Origin: Chiloscyllium plagiosum
Taxonomy: Eukaryota
Assembly: GCF_004010195.1 (NCBI RefSeq)
Contig: NC_057718.1
Location: forward strand, 76,830,079-76,894,078
Reading direction: 5' to 3'
DNA: 64,000 bases
The translations under genes and the position numbers were made by a program. This document shows positions 1 through 11,689 of the stretch, in pieces; positions within the stretch are counted from its first letter, which is position 1; each line of letters starts with the position of its first letter. A model generated the notes under the pieces. That model saw only the letters and a list, made by a program, of their open reading frames with translations. It searched no databases and had not been told where the DNA came from.

Positions 1-420
1 TCCAGGGAACAGGAGAATCGACGTTTCGGGCATAAGCCCTTCTTCAGGAATGAGGAAGGTTTGTCCAGCAGGCTAAGATAAAAGGTAGGGGGGAGGGACT
101 TGGGGGAGGGGCGTCGGAAATGTGATAGGTGGAAAGAGGTCAAGGTGAGGGTGATAGGTCAGACTGGGGTGGGGGCGGAGAGGTCAGGAAGAAGATTGCA
201 GGTTAGGAAGACGGTGCTAAGTTCGATGGATTTGACTGAGACAAGGTGGGCGGAGAGGAATATCTTAGCCTGCTGGACAAACTTTCCTCATTCCTGAAGA
301 AGGGCTTATGCCCGAAACGTCGATTCTCTTGTTCCCTGGATGCTGCCTGACCTGCTGCGCTTTTCCAGCAACACATTTTCAGCTCTGATCTCCAGCATCT
401 GCAGACCTCACTTTCACCTC
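1..420. mobile_element. PLE family A 3' end in inverted arrangement (minus 1-260, plus 261-420), HHR motif on each strand
   Basis: Same sequence as the 3' ends of GIY-YIG-bearing copies at 28148 and 30838; ctgaaga-a-gggc-ttat-gccc-gaaacgtc at 294-321. Confidence 0.8.
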
Positions 421-539
421 AGTACCACTAGACCACATTGTCTTTTTCTAGTGTGAATACTGACAGAAAGTATTCATTTAGTGCTTCCCCTATCTCCTCT
501 GACTCCACACACAGGGAAGGAGGGAATTAGGGAAGGAAT

Positions 540-838
540 TCTAGGATTCTGACCCACTGACAGTGAAGGAACGATGATAGATTTCCAAGTCAGGATGGTG
601 AGTGTTTTGGAGGGGAACTTGAAGGTGGTGGTGTTCCCATATATCTGCTGCCCTTGTCCTTCTAAATAGAAGTGGTCCTGGGTTTGGAGAGTGCTGCCTC
701 AGGATCTTTTGTGAATTTCTGCAGTGCATCTTGTGGATAGTATACACTGCTGCTCCTGAGTGTCAGTGGTGGAGGGAGTGGATGCAGTGCCAATCAAGTG
801 GGCTGCTTTGTCCTGGATGATGTCAAGCTTCTTGAGTG
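540..838 (-). mobile_element. 3' fragment of an old non-LTR retroelement family (other copies about 22300-22850, 30000-30340, 44400-44960, 55940-57180)
   Basis: Recurrent motif ttcccatatatctgctgcccttgtccttcta; RT C-terminal-like peptide YTIHKMHCRNS. Confidence 0.55.
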
Positions 839-1855
839 TAATGTGACTGGTCAGACTACTTGACATTAAGCAAATACAGTTTATTTAAACACGATAGTTA
901 AAATACGAAGAAAGAACTTAGACTAACTTAACTGTATTGGAAAACTTAACAGAATAATAGACAGTAACTATACCTAACTAACTGTTCCAATATAGTAACA
1001 TCCTATAAACACACCCTTGGCAAATAGGCAAATTCAGAAAAATAGATTTCTGTCACAGAGGGATTCACAGTGGAACACCTTCTGCCATGTAGCTCTTTCT
1101 TTGACCAGCAGCCTCAAAACAAACTGCTTGCTCTGAACAGCCAGACTGCTAAAGTAAAGAAAAGCTGAGCTGGGAGTACTGGCTGCTCCCCTTTTATTGT
1201 AAAAGTGTTTGTTTAAAACTTAAAAATCTTTTTGCCTGAAGCCATAATCAAATTGGCCCTAAAACCCTTAAAAACTCGACACCCCAGAAGCTGTGTCTTT
1301 GTGACCACTCTGGGGGAGAAAAAAGCCAAGAACAAACTAATTTTGTTAAAGGTGCAGCATCGTCACGAACCCAGCAGCAGCGAGACACTCCAACATCTTG
1401 CTGTGGCTGAGAAAGGATAGCTTCTACGACTTCAAAACCCCAGCAGCTTCTGCCCTTTTGAGAATTCGGCACCAACAGCTTAAAGCTAAACTTTAAAAAA
1501 AACTAGAAATTCTGGTCTGTTAGAAGGCTGCTCTTATTGTTCCAACTTTTAAAACCAAGCCAAGGCCCCCCAAGCTGTTCACTTTATGGTTTTCACTAGG
1601 ACCTCTGCCTTAAAATTTCCTTTTAAAAGAAAATGGACAAAATAACTTCTCAAAGTCACAGCATTGTCATGCTAAACTTAAATTCCACATGCTGCCATGG
1701 TAGGATTTGACTTATATATCCAGTGTATTGTCCTGCGCCTCTGGATTATGCCACTGTTTCCAAAAAGTGCATTCACCATGCCTGTCAACATGATTTATGA
1801 TATTTGCAAATTATCAAGTCTTCAGTTTCTATTGGTTGCTTTGTTTTGTACTTAG

Positions 1856-1993
1856 TTCACTGGACTTGATGGGCGAGATAATCTTGCAAGGGAACTAGGA
1901 ATTCCTGAAGGAGCTGATTTGAAGGGAGTACCATTATTGTTGGAGGTGATAAGAAACGGTCAACAAAAAGAAAAAGGCACTTGCCCCTCTGAC
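1856..1993 (+). CDS. CEP43: CEP43/FGFR1OP internal exon (138 nt, phase 0-0): FTGLDGRDNLARELGIPEGADLKGVPLLLEVIRNGQQKEKGTCPSD
   Basis: Acceptor cttag, donor gtaagt; peptide matches recalled human FOP segment LQGLEGRENLARDLGI...GPLLLEVIRRCQQKEKG. Confidence 0.93.
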
Positions 1994-2545
1994 GTAAGTA
2001 CTTTGAATATTTATCTTCTATTATATAAGTAATATGCTTATTTCCTTAGCTGTTGCCTTTGGTGCTATTTTCAAAAAGTAATTTTGATTGATAGAGAATT
2101 GTTTATCAGTGACGAAGTGGATTTTACAGCCATAAATTGTGAGGGCCACTATCACGTGCACCCGCAACTGCCAGCCTTCAGTATGCATAGAATATGGCAT
2201 AATAATGTCAGGTTAGTGATCCAGTGTCACTACTTCAGGTTCAACTTTGAGGCAATGTAGGCATGAAAATCTGAAAGCTGCCCACAATTTTTTATTAAAT
2301 AAAACAAACAAATAAGCTATTGAACTTGCTGAGGAGCCAGTTGTACCTCTCTGCACTCCAATTAAGTCTGGGTCCTGCGGACAGACTACCTGTCACATTG
2401 CCAGCTGATGCTGCAAAGTGATTAATTGCCACTGGAGGTTCTCATCTTGCAGCCACCAATGTTAAACCAATGTTGTGCGAGGGAAGGATGGTCATCGTGT
2501 GGGAAGCACAACGAGCAAATCTGTGCAGTTTTGTTTATAGGCTTT

Positions 2546-2635
2546 CTGATGAAGAGTCACTAGACTCGAAATGTTATCTCTGTTTTCTTCCTACAGATGC
2601 TGTCAGACTTGCTGAGTTTCTCTGCAACATCTGTT
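2546..2635 (+). ncRNA. Minimal HHR motif of an older family (D) with its 3' tail
   Basis: ctgatga-a-GAGTC-acta-GACTC-gaaa-tgtt, then cagatgctgtcagacttgctgagtttctc; related tails at about 2950, 24345, 37560-37740, 42530-42660, 49140. Confidence 0.6.
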
Positions 2636-3084
2636 GTTCTAATAACAATGGCATGTTTCAATACTATAATATCAAGTGATCAATCTCTTGATTGCTCCAG
2701 GTAGTAGCAGGTAATGACATTTCCCTGCACTATTATCTCATGAGAGCAGTTGGACGATGTTGAATGCCTCATGCCGAGCCACTGTCTGAATGTAACCCCT
2801 GTATGTTCGTGTTAAGAGTTGGTTTTGCAACACACTGTCCATGGGTTTTGATTTTCTTTCAATATTTCAATTCTGCACTATTTCAGATTTATAGCATCTG
2901 CTTTAATAGGCCATGTGAAAGATCATTAATCTGAAATTTTTAATTCTTTTGCTTTCTCTGCAATTGCAGCCAGACTTGCTAAATGTTTCCAGTACTTTCT
3001 GTTTTTACGTCATTGGGTGTAGTTCTATTCCATTATGATAACCATTCATGTGATCTATCCTCAAGTGGCATGGTTTATTAGTGT

Positions 3085-3660
3085 TGCTCAATTACTTCAT
3101 TAGCAGGGACATAGAATATAGGAGCAAGGAAGTCTTGTTACAATTTTATAAACCATTGGTTAGGTCATAGATTGCATATATGTGTAATTTTAGTCACCAC
3201 ACTACTGGAAGGACGTGATTTACACCCTGTTCAGTGCAGAGAAAATTCAGTGGGATGTTGTCTGTTATGGAAAGTCTCAGTTATGAGGAGGCTGGATTTG
3301 TTTTCTTTGGAGCGGGGGAGGTATTAAATGATGTGTGCGAGTTTGAGAAGCATAGGGTCGATAATAATCTTTTCCCCATAGCAGATGTGTCTAAGACCAG
3401 AGTGCATAAATTTAAGGTGAAGAGTAAGTGGTTTAGAGGAGATCTGAGAAAGTTTTTTTTCACCCGCTAATAGTAGACAAATGGTACATGCTGCCTGAGA
3501 GGGTGGCAGAGGCAGATACACTTGCAACATTGAAGAAGTATCTGGATGAGCACTTAACCAGAGTATAGTAGGTGATGGATGAAGTGCAGATAAATGGGAT
3601 TGTTGTAATTTGGTCAGCGTAGACATGTTGGACCAATGGGCCTGTTTTTATGCTATATGA
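3085..3660 (+). mobile_element. CR1/HER1-like LINE 3' fragment, decayed
   Basis: ORF2 C-terminal peptide KTRVHKFKVKSKWFRGDLRKFFFTR; 3' end ...ggaccaatgggcctgttttt. Confidence 0.75.
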
Positions 3661-4421
3661 TCATGTAAGACCTCTTTTTTTAAAAGCTTTCAGACAGTCC
3701 AGAACTACGTATGTTGCGGCACTGTCATATAGTTTCTACCCCTTTCAAAGAAGTTTGTCAGTCAGATATAGCTGTTTTAACTTCTGTTAACTTATTTATA
3801 CCTGTACTTTTTCTCATACCTAACTTTCATTATTATACCCCAATTAATTTTGTACTCAAGAAATAAACAAGGACAAAATTCCTTTTAAAATTGATGTTAA
3901 AATTTTTTTGGTCCATTTCTTAGTTGTCAGAATTAGAAGTTGATAAGTACGGATTAGTAATGACAATGCTGGCTGATTTTTCAACTCTGCTCTTCTTTCC
4001 ATGATGCTGAGGCAAATTAGAGCTCATCATTTACTCCTGAGTTAGTCTACTATTTTATAATTTGGGAAAATCAGTAAACTTGTTGGAGGTATCTCTATTC
4101 TGAAGGCTCCCAGGATAACTGCTTGAATAAGTATTTAAATGTTAAAATAACATTCTGTTTACAAGCCAGAAATCATCACTACTGTTGTTTCTGTCTAACA
4201 TGATAAGGAAAAGTATACAGTTCTGTATAATTTTGAATGCTTAAGATATTACATTTTAAGATTCAATATTCAAAGCACAAATTGAAAAGCAATTTTAAAT
4301 GTAACACTTTTAAAAGTAATTTCTAAAAAGAAACTAAATGTATTTGCAGGACATTAACACAAAGTTGGTGGTGGGGAGTTCATAAGAATATCACAATAAT
4401 GATGTGCTCTTTTTATTGCAG

Positions 4422-4448
4422 GGTGACTCACTCAATTATGTTCCTAAG
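4422..4448 (+). CDS. CEP43: CEP43 27-nt micro-exon, GDSLNYVPK (phase 0-0)
   Basis: Pyrimidine tract plus ttgcag acceptor, aag|gtac donor, keeps frame between flanking exons. Confidence 0.65.
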
Positions 4449-5882
4449 GTACTAAATAATTTATGCCTCACTTTGAATGACTTGTGATAATTTATTGTTT
4501 CCTACAGGTTACTGGGATGTACATCCCAATGTGGTCTTCTTTCTATTCTCAACCTGAATAATTATTTTGAGATACAAATTTAGTAGCTTTTCAATAAGTG
4601 ATCCAGTGGGAGTTTTTTTTTTGTCATTTTACCAGGTCATTGAATTAGAGGCATATCTGAGATGCAAACAGTGAGGGGATGTGGATGAGGAAAATTAGAA
4701 AATGCATGACTGGGAATGCTAACATGTTCTAATTCCTCTTTTATATCCTGGGAGGTAGTTCAACATGCTAGTGACAAACCACCAGCAGCACTGGGAAACT
4801 AATTCAGATTTAAATGAAGCAATTAGCAGGTATTTTCTGAGAATTGTGAAATTTTACTGGTAGAAAGTGAGAGAGTGCATAGATCTTGACGTCACCAGCA
4901 AAGCAGAGGGATTCCTCACTGACTATTTTAAAAATGACATTCTTAACATTTTTGTAGGCTGCAGAGGGAAGTTATTCTCGTCACTGTAGAAGAGTTGAAA
5001 GCTGCAGATGTAGTACAACTCCAGTAAACCACACCTGTGTCATTACAAGATGAATACAGGCTCCTCAAGATCTGCCTTGAGCTCAATGCTGAATATTTTT
5101 AGTAACTTCTTTATTCTTTTAATCCGGCTTTCTCACCCATTGTCTCTGGATACCGGTGGAATTAAATAACCAAGATGGAACTGAAAGCAGGATTGGATTT
5201 GGTGACTGCTGTTGGGGTGCAGAATGGGTGAGTGAGGAATGACAGAGTGAGGGGGATGTGGGGAACGTAAGTAGTGAGCAAAGCTTGGAGTGACTTAGAG
5301 TTACAAGCACAGTGTTGAAATTTGTGAATGAGACAGAACTTAAGGGAGATAGTAATAGATTTCAATGGGGCAACAAATGGGCTGGTGGCATGGATGGGCA
5401 CGTGACTATTTCCAGTGACTAAAGTTGATGACCATTTGTGATATGTGGAAATACTTTATTTTAACAAGAGCATTTTGGAATTGAATCAGTCTATCTGATA
5501 CGTGAATATAGATTCACTAATAGCCTTCAAAGGGATTTTGGATAGCTACTTAATGGAGAAAACGTTTGCAGAAATATGAAAATGATTTGAATGGTTCATC
5601 TGTTTATTTGAAGGAGCCGGTGCAAGCTGGATGGGCTGAATGGCTTCTTGTATGTCTTGTTTATGCACATTATGAGAGCCTACCATAGCTGCATGAACTA
5701 ATGTTACTCCAGTATCACAATTTCTCAGAAACTTGAAATTGTTGACATTGTTTTAGTGTGCAACAAAACGTAACAGAGGGATGGTAAATATTTTGCTGCC
5801 TAATTTAAATTTGAAACTGTGTAGCAATTCAAATATTTTTCCTCATTTTGGTTAAAAGCTGATTGTGACTTTGGTTTTCCAG

Positions 5883-5939
5883 GAGTTGTCAGCAAAACAT
5901 ATAGCAGAAGCCAAGAAAAAGTTTGAATTTTATGATAAA
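5883..5939 (+). CDS. CEP43: CEP43 exon, ELSAKHIAEAKKKFEFYDK (entering helix of EF-hand 1)
   Basis: ttttccag acceptor, gtgagt donor, 57 nt phase 0-0; joins the next exon to make a canonical EF loop. Confidence 0.88.
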
Positions 5940-6494
5940 GTGAGTTTTAACTTTTCCTGCCAGTTTAAATTAGATTGTAAATATGTGCTGCGTTTTGTGT
6001 ATATTGCAATTTCATACGTATTTTGATGCCCTTTTGTTATGCATTGATTTGTGAGGTTGAAGTTTTACCACTATTGCCATAAAAATCTATTTTTATGAAT
6101 GGTGTAAATTTACACATTTTAATTACACAAACAATCAAATATAAAAATATAGTACAACATGAAAATAAAAGAATCTATTTTTTAATCACTGCTTGTGATT
6201 GCTCGCCAGGTGAGCATGTCAGAAAATCTCAGGCCCATAACAAATGATTTTATGAACTTGAACTTTAATACACAGACTCAATGCAAGAAATCATGAGGAG
6301 TGATATTTTCTATGATTTCAGGAGAATCCTTTTGAGTTCTGTTTTTTCAATATTCAATTAAATACTAGATTTAGCTCAGTTAGTGTACAGGCAAGGAATA
6401 TGAATCTTTTGGGAGTGTTCTCTGTTCATCAAAAATTTGGAAATGTGCGTTTGATCTAATGTCTTAAAAAGTCCATGGCTTGCCTTGATTTTAG

Positions 6495-6565
6495 GACAAA
6501 AATGGTGAGATAAGCAAAGAAGAACTGAAGGAACTATTCATAGACCTCTTTCCTCACTTTCACAA
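6495..6565 (+). CDS. CEP43: CEP43 exon, DKNGEISKEELKELFIDLFPHFH(K)
   Basis: ttttag acceptor, gtaagt donor, 71 nt phase 0-2; completes loop DKDKNGEISKEE. Confidence 0.9.
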
Positions 6566-6666
6566 GTAAGTTAGTTTTCACTGTTTACTTTGGAATTGCA
6601 CTTTGTTTCAAACCTTGATTTTTGTTGCATTTTAACCATTGTAACCGTAATTTGTTTCACTGATAG

Positions 6667-6716
6667 GAATATGCTGGACAGATATGTAAATGACGAATTT
6701 AAAGCTTTTAATAATG
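6667..6716 (+). CDS. CEP43: CEP43 exon, (K)NMLDRYVNDEFKAFNN
   Basis: gatag acceptor, gtaagt donor, 50 nt phase 2-1, frame-compatible with both neighbours. Confidence 0.87.
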
Positions 6717-7552
6717 GTAAGTATATTTGACAATAAGCTTTTAAAATACATTTAAGGCTGCTGAAGTAATTGGAATTTTGTAATCTGATCCCAGTAAAAT
6801 TAATGTTTAATCTTTCTAGTGTGTTTATTATATTACTAATATTGTTAGATGTACCTCTGAAGATTCATTCTACTTTGACATTCATACTTCAACAAAAAGG
6901 GAACTTTCCTGTCTTGGTAATCATTTGATAAATCCATAACGTGCAGTTTCATAAAGAATGAGAGAAATTAGGAGTAGAATATTTGGCGGCTCTAACTGCT
7001 GGCCCATTCTGTATTACGCCTGAGTATCTCTGTTAACTCTACTTTCTTCCTATATTCTTTTGACTTCCAATGGCGCTTTCAAAAGATCTATTGATCGCAG
7101 TCTTAAACATGCTCGTTAATGAGACCATCGCCCCAAGTTCAATGGGAAACATTTTCAGCATTTATTTTGTCAAACCCTGTGTGACCTTTTGTTTTTCATT
7201 GAAGTAACCCTTCATTTTTGTAAAATTCTGGAGAATATAGGGCAATTCTACTTAACCTTCATTCATGGGACAGCCTTCTCATATAAGCAGTAAATCTAGG
7301 AAACCATTGTTCTGTCTTTTTCAAAGGAAGAATACTACTTTAGGTAAAAATTTTGCGCAATACTCTTGGTCTCTCAAAATCCCAATATAATTGCAGAAAG
7401 ATTTCTTTGTTCCTCCAACAATAACTTACGTAATGATGCTATATTAAAAAAAATGCTTCACCGACATAATAAATCCTTAAACCTCATGGGAAAAGTTAAT
7501 GTAATGTTTACCTTGCAGAGTTGATGCTAGACAGGTGTGCTAACTTTCTGTG

Positions 7553-7775
7553 GAGAAAGTGAGGTCTGCAGATGCTGGAGATCAAAGTTGAAACTTTATT
7601 GCTGGAACAGCACAGCAGGTCAGGCAGCATCCAGGGAACAGGAGATTCGATGTTTCGGGCACAGGCCCTTCTTCAGGAATCATTCCTGAAGAAGGGCCTG
7701 TGCCCGAAACGTCGAATCTCCTGTTCCCTGGATGCTGCCTGACCTGCTGTGCTGTTCCAGCAATAAAGTTTCAAC
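7553..7775. mobile_element. 223-bp non-coding palindromic PLE derivative with back-to-back HHR motifs
   Basis: Arms 7587-7680 and 7682-7775; 15-bp TSD tgctaactttctgtg at 7538-7552 and 7776-7790. Confidence 0.88.
7682..7717 (+). ncRNA. Minimal type I hammerhead ribozyme motif
   Basis: attc-CTGAAGA-a-GGGC-ctgt-GCCC-GAAA-cg-TC-gaat: stem I attc/gaat, 4-bp stem II, palindromic ACGT in place of stem III. Confidence 0.8.
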
Positions 7776-7939
7776 TGCTAACTTTCTGTGATTAGTATAA
7801 AAGGACACCAAAATCCCTCTTATCATATACATTTAGTGGCATACCTGCCTCTTAACCAGAAGCTTTCTGTTAGAGTCCCACTCCAGGACTTGACACCAAG
7901 GAAGGGGCTTTGCTATAAATTTCTAATATAGGTCAGTAA

Positions 7940-8166
7940 TTGAAAGTGGAAAACTCGAGAACAAGTGTTGCTTGGGAAGTTTCTGATACTGAGTCTAATT
8001 CGGGAGCATATTTGGAGGTCACTTCCTCTGCTGCTCCCGCTCTTTCTGTGAAGGAGAGAGAAAACAAAACACCGATGCCCGGTGTTTTGAAAGTGGAAAA
8101 CTCGAGAACAAGTGTTGCTTGGGAAGTTTCTGATACTGAGTCTAATTCGGGAGCATATTTGGAGGT
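7940..8166. repeat. Two identical 80-bp direct repeats with a 67-bp spacer (period 147)
   Basis: 7940-8019 equals 8087-8166 base for base. Confidence 0.92.
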
Positions 8167-8629
8167 TACCAGGTAGTGCAAAACTGCCTCTCAGAAGTTT
8201 AGACTTCTTGGATAATTATTATATGTTTGTGTGGTTTAGGACTTGCTGGGATTCTGATTCACAACAACAAAAGTTTTGATGTTCATCATTGTTGACATTG
8301 AAAGATCTGGCTGATTCTGAAGAGTTTGTAAGAATGACAAGATGGTTGCTCTCTGTAGGGAATGGGTTATGTGATAATACTTAGGTATGTAAATACATCT
8401 TGCTATGATCAAGAAGATTGGGGGATGTTTGGTCCAGTTTAAAAGAAAAATTGGGGTATATATTGAAGGAGTCTTGAGTCCCATGTTCAGTAGAACAAAT
8501 TGATCTTTATTTGAAGCTCCTTTACCACAAGTTGGGAAAGGTCAGAGACTGCTCTGAGTTTGGCTTTCACATAGGGCCCAGTTGCCCTCTTAATTACAGT
8601 TCAGGTCACAGGTCAGTGACAGTCTACCT

Positions 8630-8720
8630 TTCCTGAAGAAGGGCTTATGCCCGAAACATCGATTCACCTGCTCCTTGGATGCTGCCTACCTGCTGCGCTT
8701 TTCCAGCAACACATTTTTTC
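8630..8720 (+). mobile_element. Short PLE family A insert (HHR plus downstream segment)
   Basis: ctgaagaagggcttatgcccgaaacatcg; flanking duplication gtctacctttcc at 8622-8633 and 8723-8734. Confidence 0.75.
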
Positions 8721-9362
8721 ATGTCTACCTTTCCCAGTAAAGTACAGAATATTTGTATGTACTGCATTACAATAGTTACATGCAACATTGACATCAGTGC
8801 TTGTGATGTCCTGTGAACTAATCCTGTGAATTCACGTTCAATGATGGACAATTTCATGATCCATCTTGGGTCATCCCAGCATCTTGCGATGTTTGCCAGA
8901 CTCCCTATTACCTGTCCTTGGGCTCCTAAGATTATCGACCACATTCCAACATCGATTGTTATGTCCCTTCCTGGACATTTGCCAGCCACATCATGTATTT
9001 CGTTATTACTAATGAATTTTCAAATTCGGTCATGCAATTCATATCCCTTGCTGATCTTAGTACTGAAGATTAAAAATGATGTTAATTTCTACCAATTATT
9101 ATAATATTTATAATATCAGCTCTAATATAAAGTTATTAATAAAATTATACATAATTAAACCTAATACTATGATTCTGTGACAGAACTAACAATTTCGTTA
9201 ACAACTTCCCCTCCTAACTGACTTGCAAAGCAGGGGTTGTTTATTCACTCAAGGTCATAGTGACCCTATTTCAAAAATTTGTTTCTGCCCCCCTTGCCAT
9301 GTTATTTGTCTCTTAGTTCTATATAGAATCCCTGCAGATTGGAAGCAGGCCATTCAACCCAT

Positions 9363-9452
9363 GGATTAGTGGTGCTGGAAGAGCACAGCAGTTCAGGCAG
9401 CATCCAAGGAGCAGCGAAATCGACGTTTCGGGCAAAAGCCCTTCATCAGGAT
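9363..9452 (-). mobile_element. Short PLE family A insert with HHR
   Basis: Reverse complement reads ctgatgaagggcttttgcccgaaacgtcga; flanked by cattca(a/g)cccatgg duplication. Confidence 0.72.
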
Positions 9453-9469
9453 TTTACCTCATTCAGCCC

Positions 9470-9800
9470 ATGGAGTCCACACCAACCCTCTGAAGAGCAT
9501 CCCACCCAGACCTACAACAGCCCCCCCCCCCCTCACTATCATATTCCTATAAACCTTCATTTCCCATGGCTAATCCACTTAGCCTGCACATCCCTAGACA
9601 CTAAGTGGCAATTTAGCATTGCCAATCCACCTAACCTGCACATCTTTGGACTGTGGAAGGAAACTGGAGTACTTGGAAGAAACCCATGCAAACACTGGGA
9701 GGGCATGCAAACCTCACACAGACAGTTGCCCAAGAGTCGAATCGAACCAGGGTCCCTGGCTCCATGATGCAGCAGTGCTAACCACTGAGCCACTGTGTCC
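9470..9800 (-). mobile_element. tRNA-derived V-SINE (HE1-like)
   Basis: Reverse complement has A/B-box head gtggctcagtggttagcactgctgc and a V-domain. Confidence 0.8.
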
Positions 9801-10439
9801 TAATCTTGCTGATGAGCGAAAACAATTTCTTCAAGAGTGTTTGTTGAAATTGGTATCTTCATCCAAGGCTAACTGCCTTCAGAAATTTAGTTCCCCAATA
9901 TCTAATAAATTTAAACTTCTATCCTTGTACAAATGTGTCAATTCTAATATGTAGTTTTGTTTTAAAAGCCTCATCTCAGGTGGATCAAGCTTCCCTTTTC
10001 TACTTCATACAAAAATCAGAAATCTCAAATCAGATGGTTTTCACGTGAGCTGCCTTAACAGAGCCTTACTGTTTACATTCTAGTCCCATCTTACTAAGAC
10101 TCCAGCATTTTGTTTGTCTATGAAGGCCATGATTTGAGCAATATGAAATGCTACATCAGCTATTTATTTTTGTCTGTGACAGTTAAAAAGAAAACTTCTA
10201 ATAGCCATTTTGTCATATTCAGCCAGGGGCAATTACAACAGTGTAGATAAGGAAATCAGCAGGATAACTAACCTCAGCAAGCAAGAAATGGCAATGAAGA
10301 AAGTTATTATAGTGCTTTGTCATTCACTTGATACAATATTAGATTTGTCAGCAGGTCGCATATCAAAAATATTTTAAAATTACTATTTATCCAGTTAAGA
10401 TTTAAAGTGATTTGCTTTATTTCTTGTTTGTTGAATTAG

Positions 10440-10501
10440 TGGTTGATTTTGATGAGTTTCTGGGAATGTACAAAAGATTGTTCGTCCAGTGCAGAAGCGT
10501 G
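10440..10501 (+). CDS. CEP43: CEP43 exon, (V)VDFDEFLGMYKRLFVQCRSV
   Basis: attag acceptor, gtaaga donor, 62 nt phase 1-0; VDFDEF is a typical EF-hand loop end. Confidence 0.87.
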
Positions 10502-10924
10502 GTAAGACAAATTTTTGTAATTAAAAATAATAATGATGTATTTGTTTGAGAAAAAAACTCCCTTTTCCATCATGCATACTGAGATTTGAAAAAAGAAACA
10601 TGCAGTCAGAAATCTTCTAAACTCTGAATTCTGGAATTCTATAACTAGTTGTTCTGATTTCTAAAAACAGTCCACTGTCCTTTAGAGACTTCAAAAATTC
10701 ATGCTTGGACTAAAAAAAATGCCAATGAACCTAAACAATCTTCTAAGCAAAAATTTACATTTGAGATTCTGAAGTAAACAGATATGTGCATTCATTTGAA
10801 GAGTACATTCAAATTTTTCCTAACCCCCCATAATGAAGTAAAATTGTAGAAGAAGCAGTCAAAAGATTCTATTAATGCTGTGTTTTACTTTGGTCACTTT
10901 AGGCATTATCTCAGCAGACGGAAA

Positions 10925-11665
10925 TGACTAGAAAAATTGTGATTCTGGTCAAGAGAAAGAAGGAAGCATTTGTTAGGTTCAGATAGTGAATCTCGAGATG
11001 AGTGTAAGAACAGTAGGAGTATACTTGAGGGAAATCAGGAGGGCAAAAAAGTGATGTGGGGTAGATTTGGCAAGTAGGGTTAAGGAGAATCCGAAGAGAT
11101 TCTACAAATATATTTAAGGGTAAAAGAGTAACTGGGGAGAGAATAGGGCCCTTGATGGATCAGCAAGGATCCAACGATGCTATGTGTGGAACCTCGGGAG
11201 ATTGGTGAGACACTGAACAAATATTTTGCATCCGTATTTAACGTGAAGAAGGACATGAAAGTTAGGGAATGTGGGGAAATAAAGTGATATTTGAGAAGTG
11301 GCCATATTACAGAGGAGGATGTGCTGGAGGTCTTCAAACGCATGAAGGTAGATAAATCCCTGGGACCGGATTAGATAATCCCAGAACTTTATGGGAAGCT
11401 CGGGATGAGATTGCTGGACCCCTTGCTGAAATATTTGTATCATCGACAGCCATGGGTGAAGTGCCAAAAGAGTTGAGGATGGCTAATGTGGTGCCATTAT
11501 TTAAGAAAAGTGATAACAAAAAGTCGGAACGATAGACTGGCGACCCTGATGTTATTGGTAGGTAACTTGTTGAAGGGGATTCTGAGAGATAGGTTTAACA
11601 TTTGTTTGGAAAGACATTTACTGATTAGGGATATTCAACATGGTTTTGTGCATGGGAAATCATAT
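10925..11665 (+). mobile_element. CR1 LINE ORF2 internal fragment
   Basis: Frameshifted ENPKRFYKYI, DKS.GPD, ANVVPLFKK, QHGFVHGKS motifs. Confidence 0.8.
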
Positions 11666-11689
11666 CTTCAGTTACAGGCTTGAGGACCA

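Noticed and set aside
838..1670. Possible old LTR with tgtgac...gtcaca ends
   Set aside because: Boundaries and TSD cannot be fixed by eye
7940..8166. CRISPR-like repeat-spacer-repeat
   Set aside because: Only two repeats, 80 bp long, vertebrate intron, no cas genes
7933..8181. ORFs on both strands over the 80-bp repeat as a gene or CEP43 exon
   Set aside because: Openness follows from the 147-bp period; the nearby acceptors do not put this ORF in frame with CEP43; no recognisable protein
10903..10950. Candidate exon after ctttag
   Set aside because: Runs into CR1 ORF2 sequence and has no good donor
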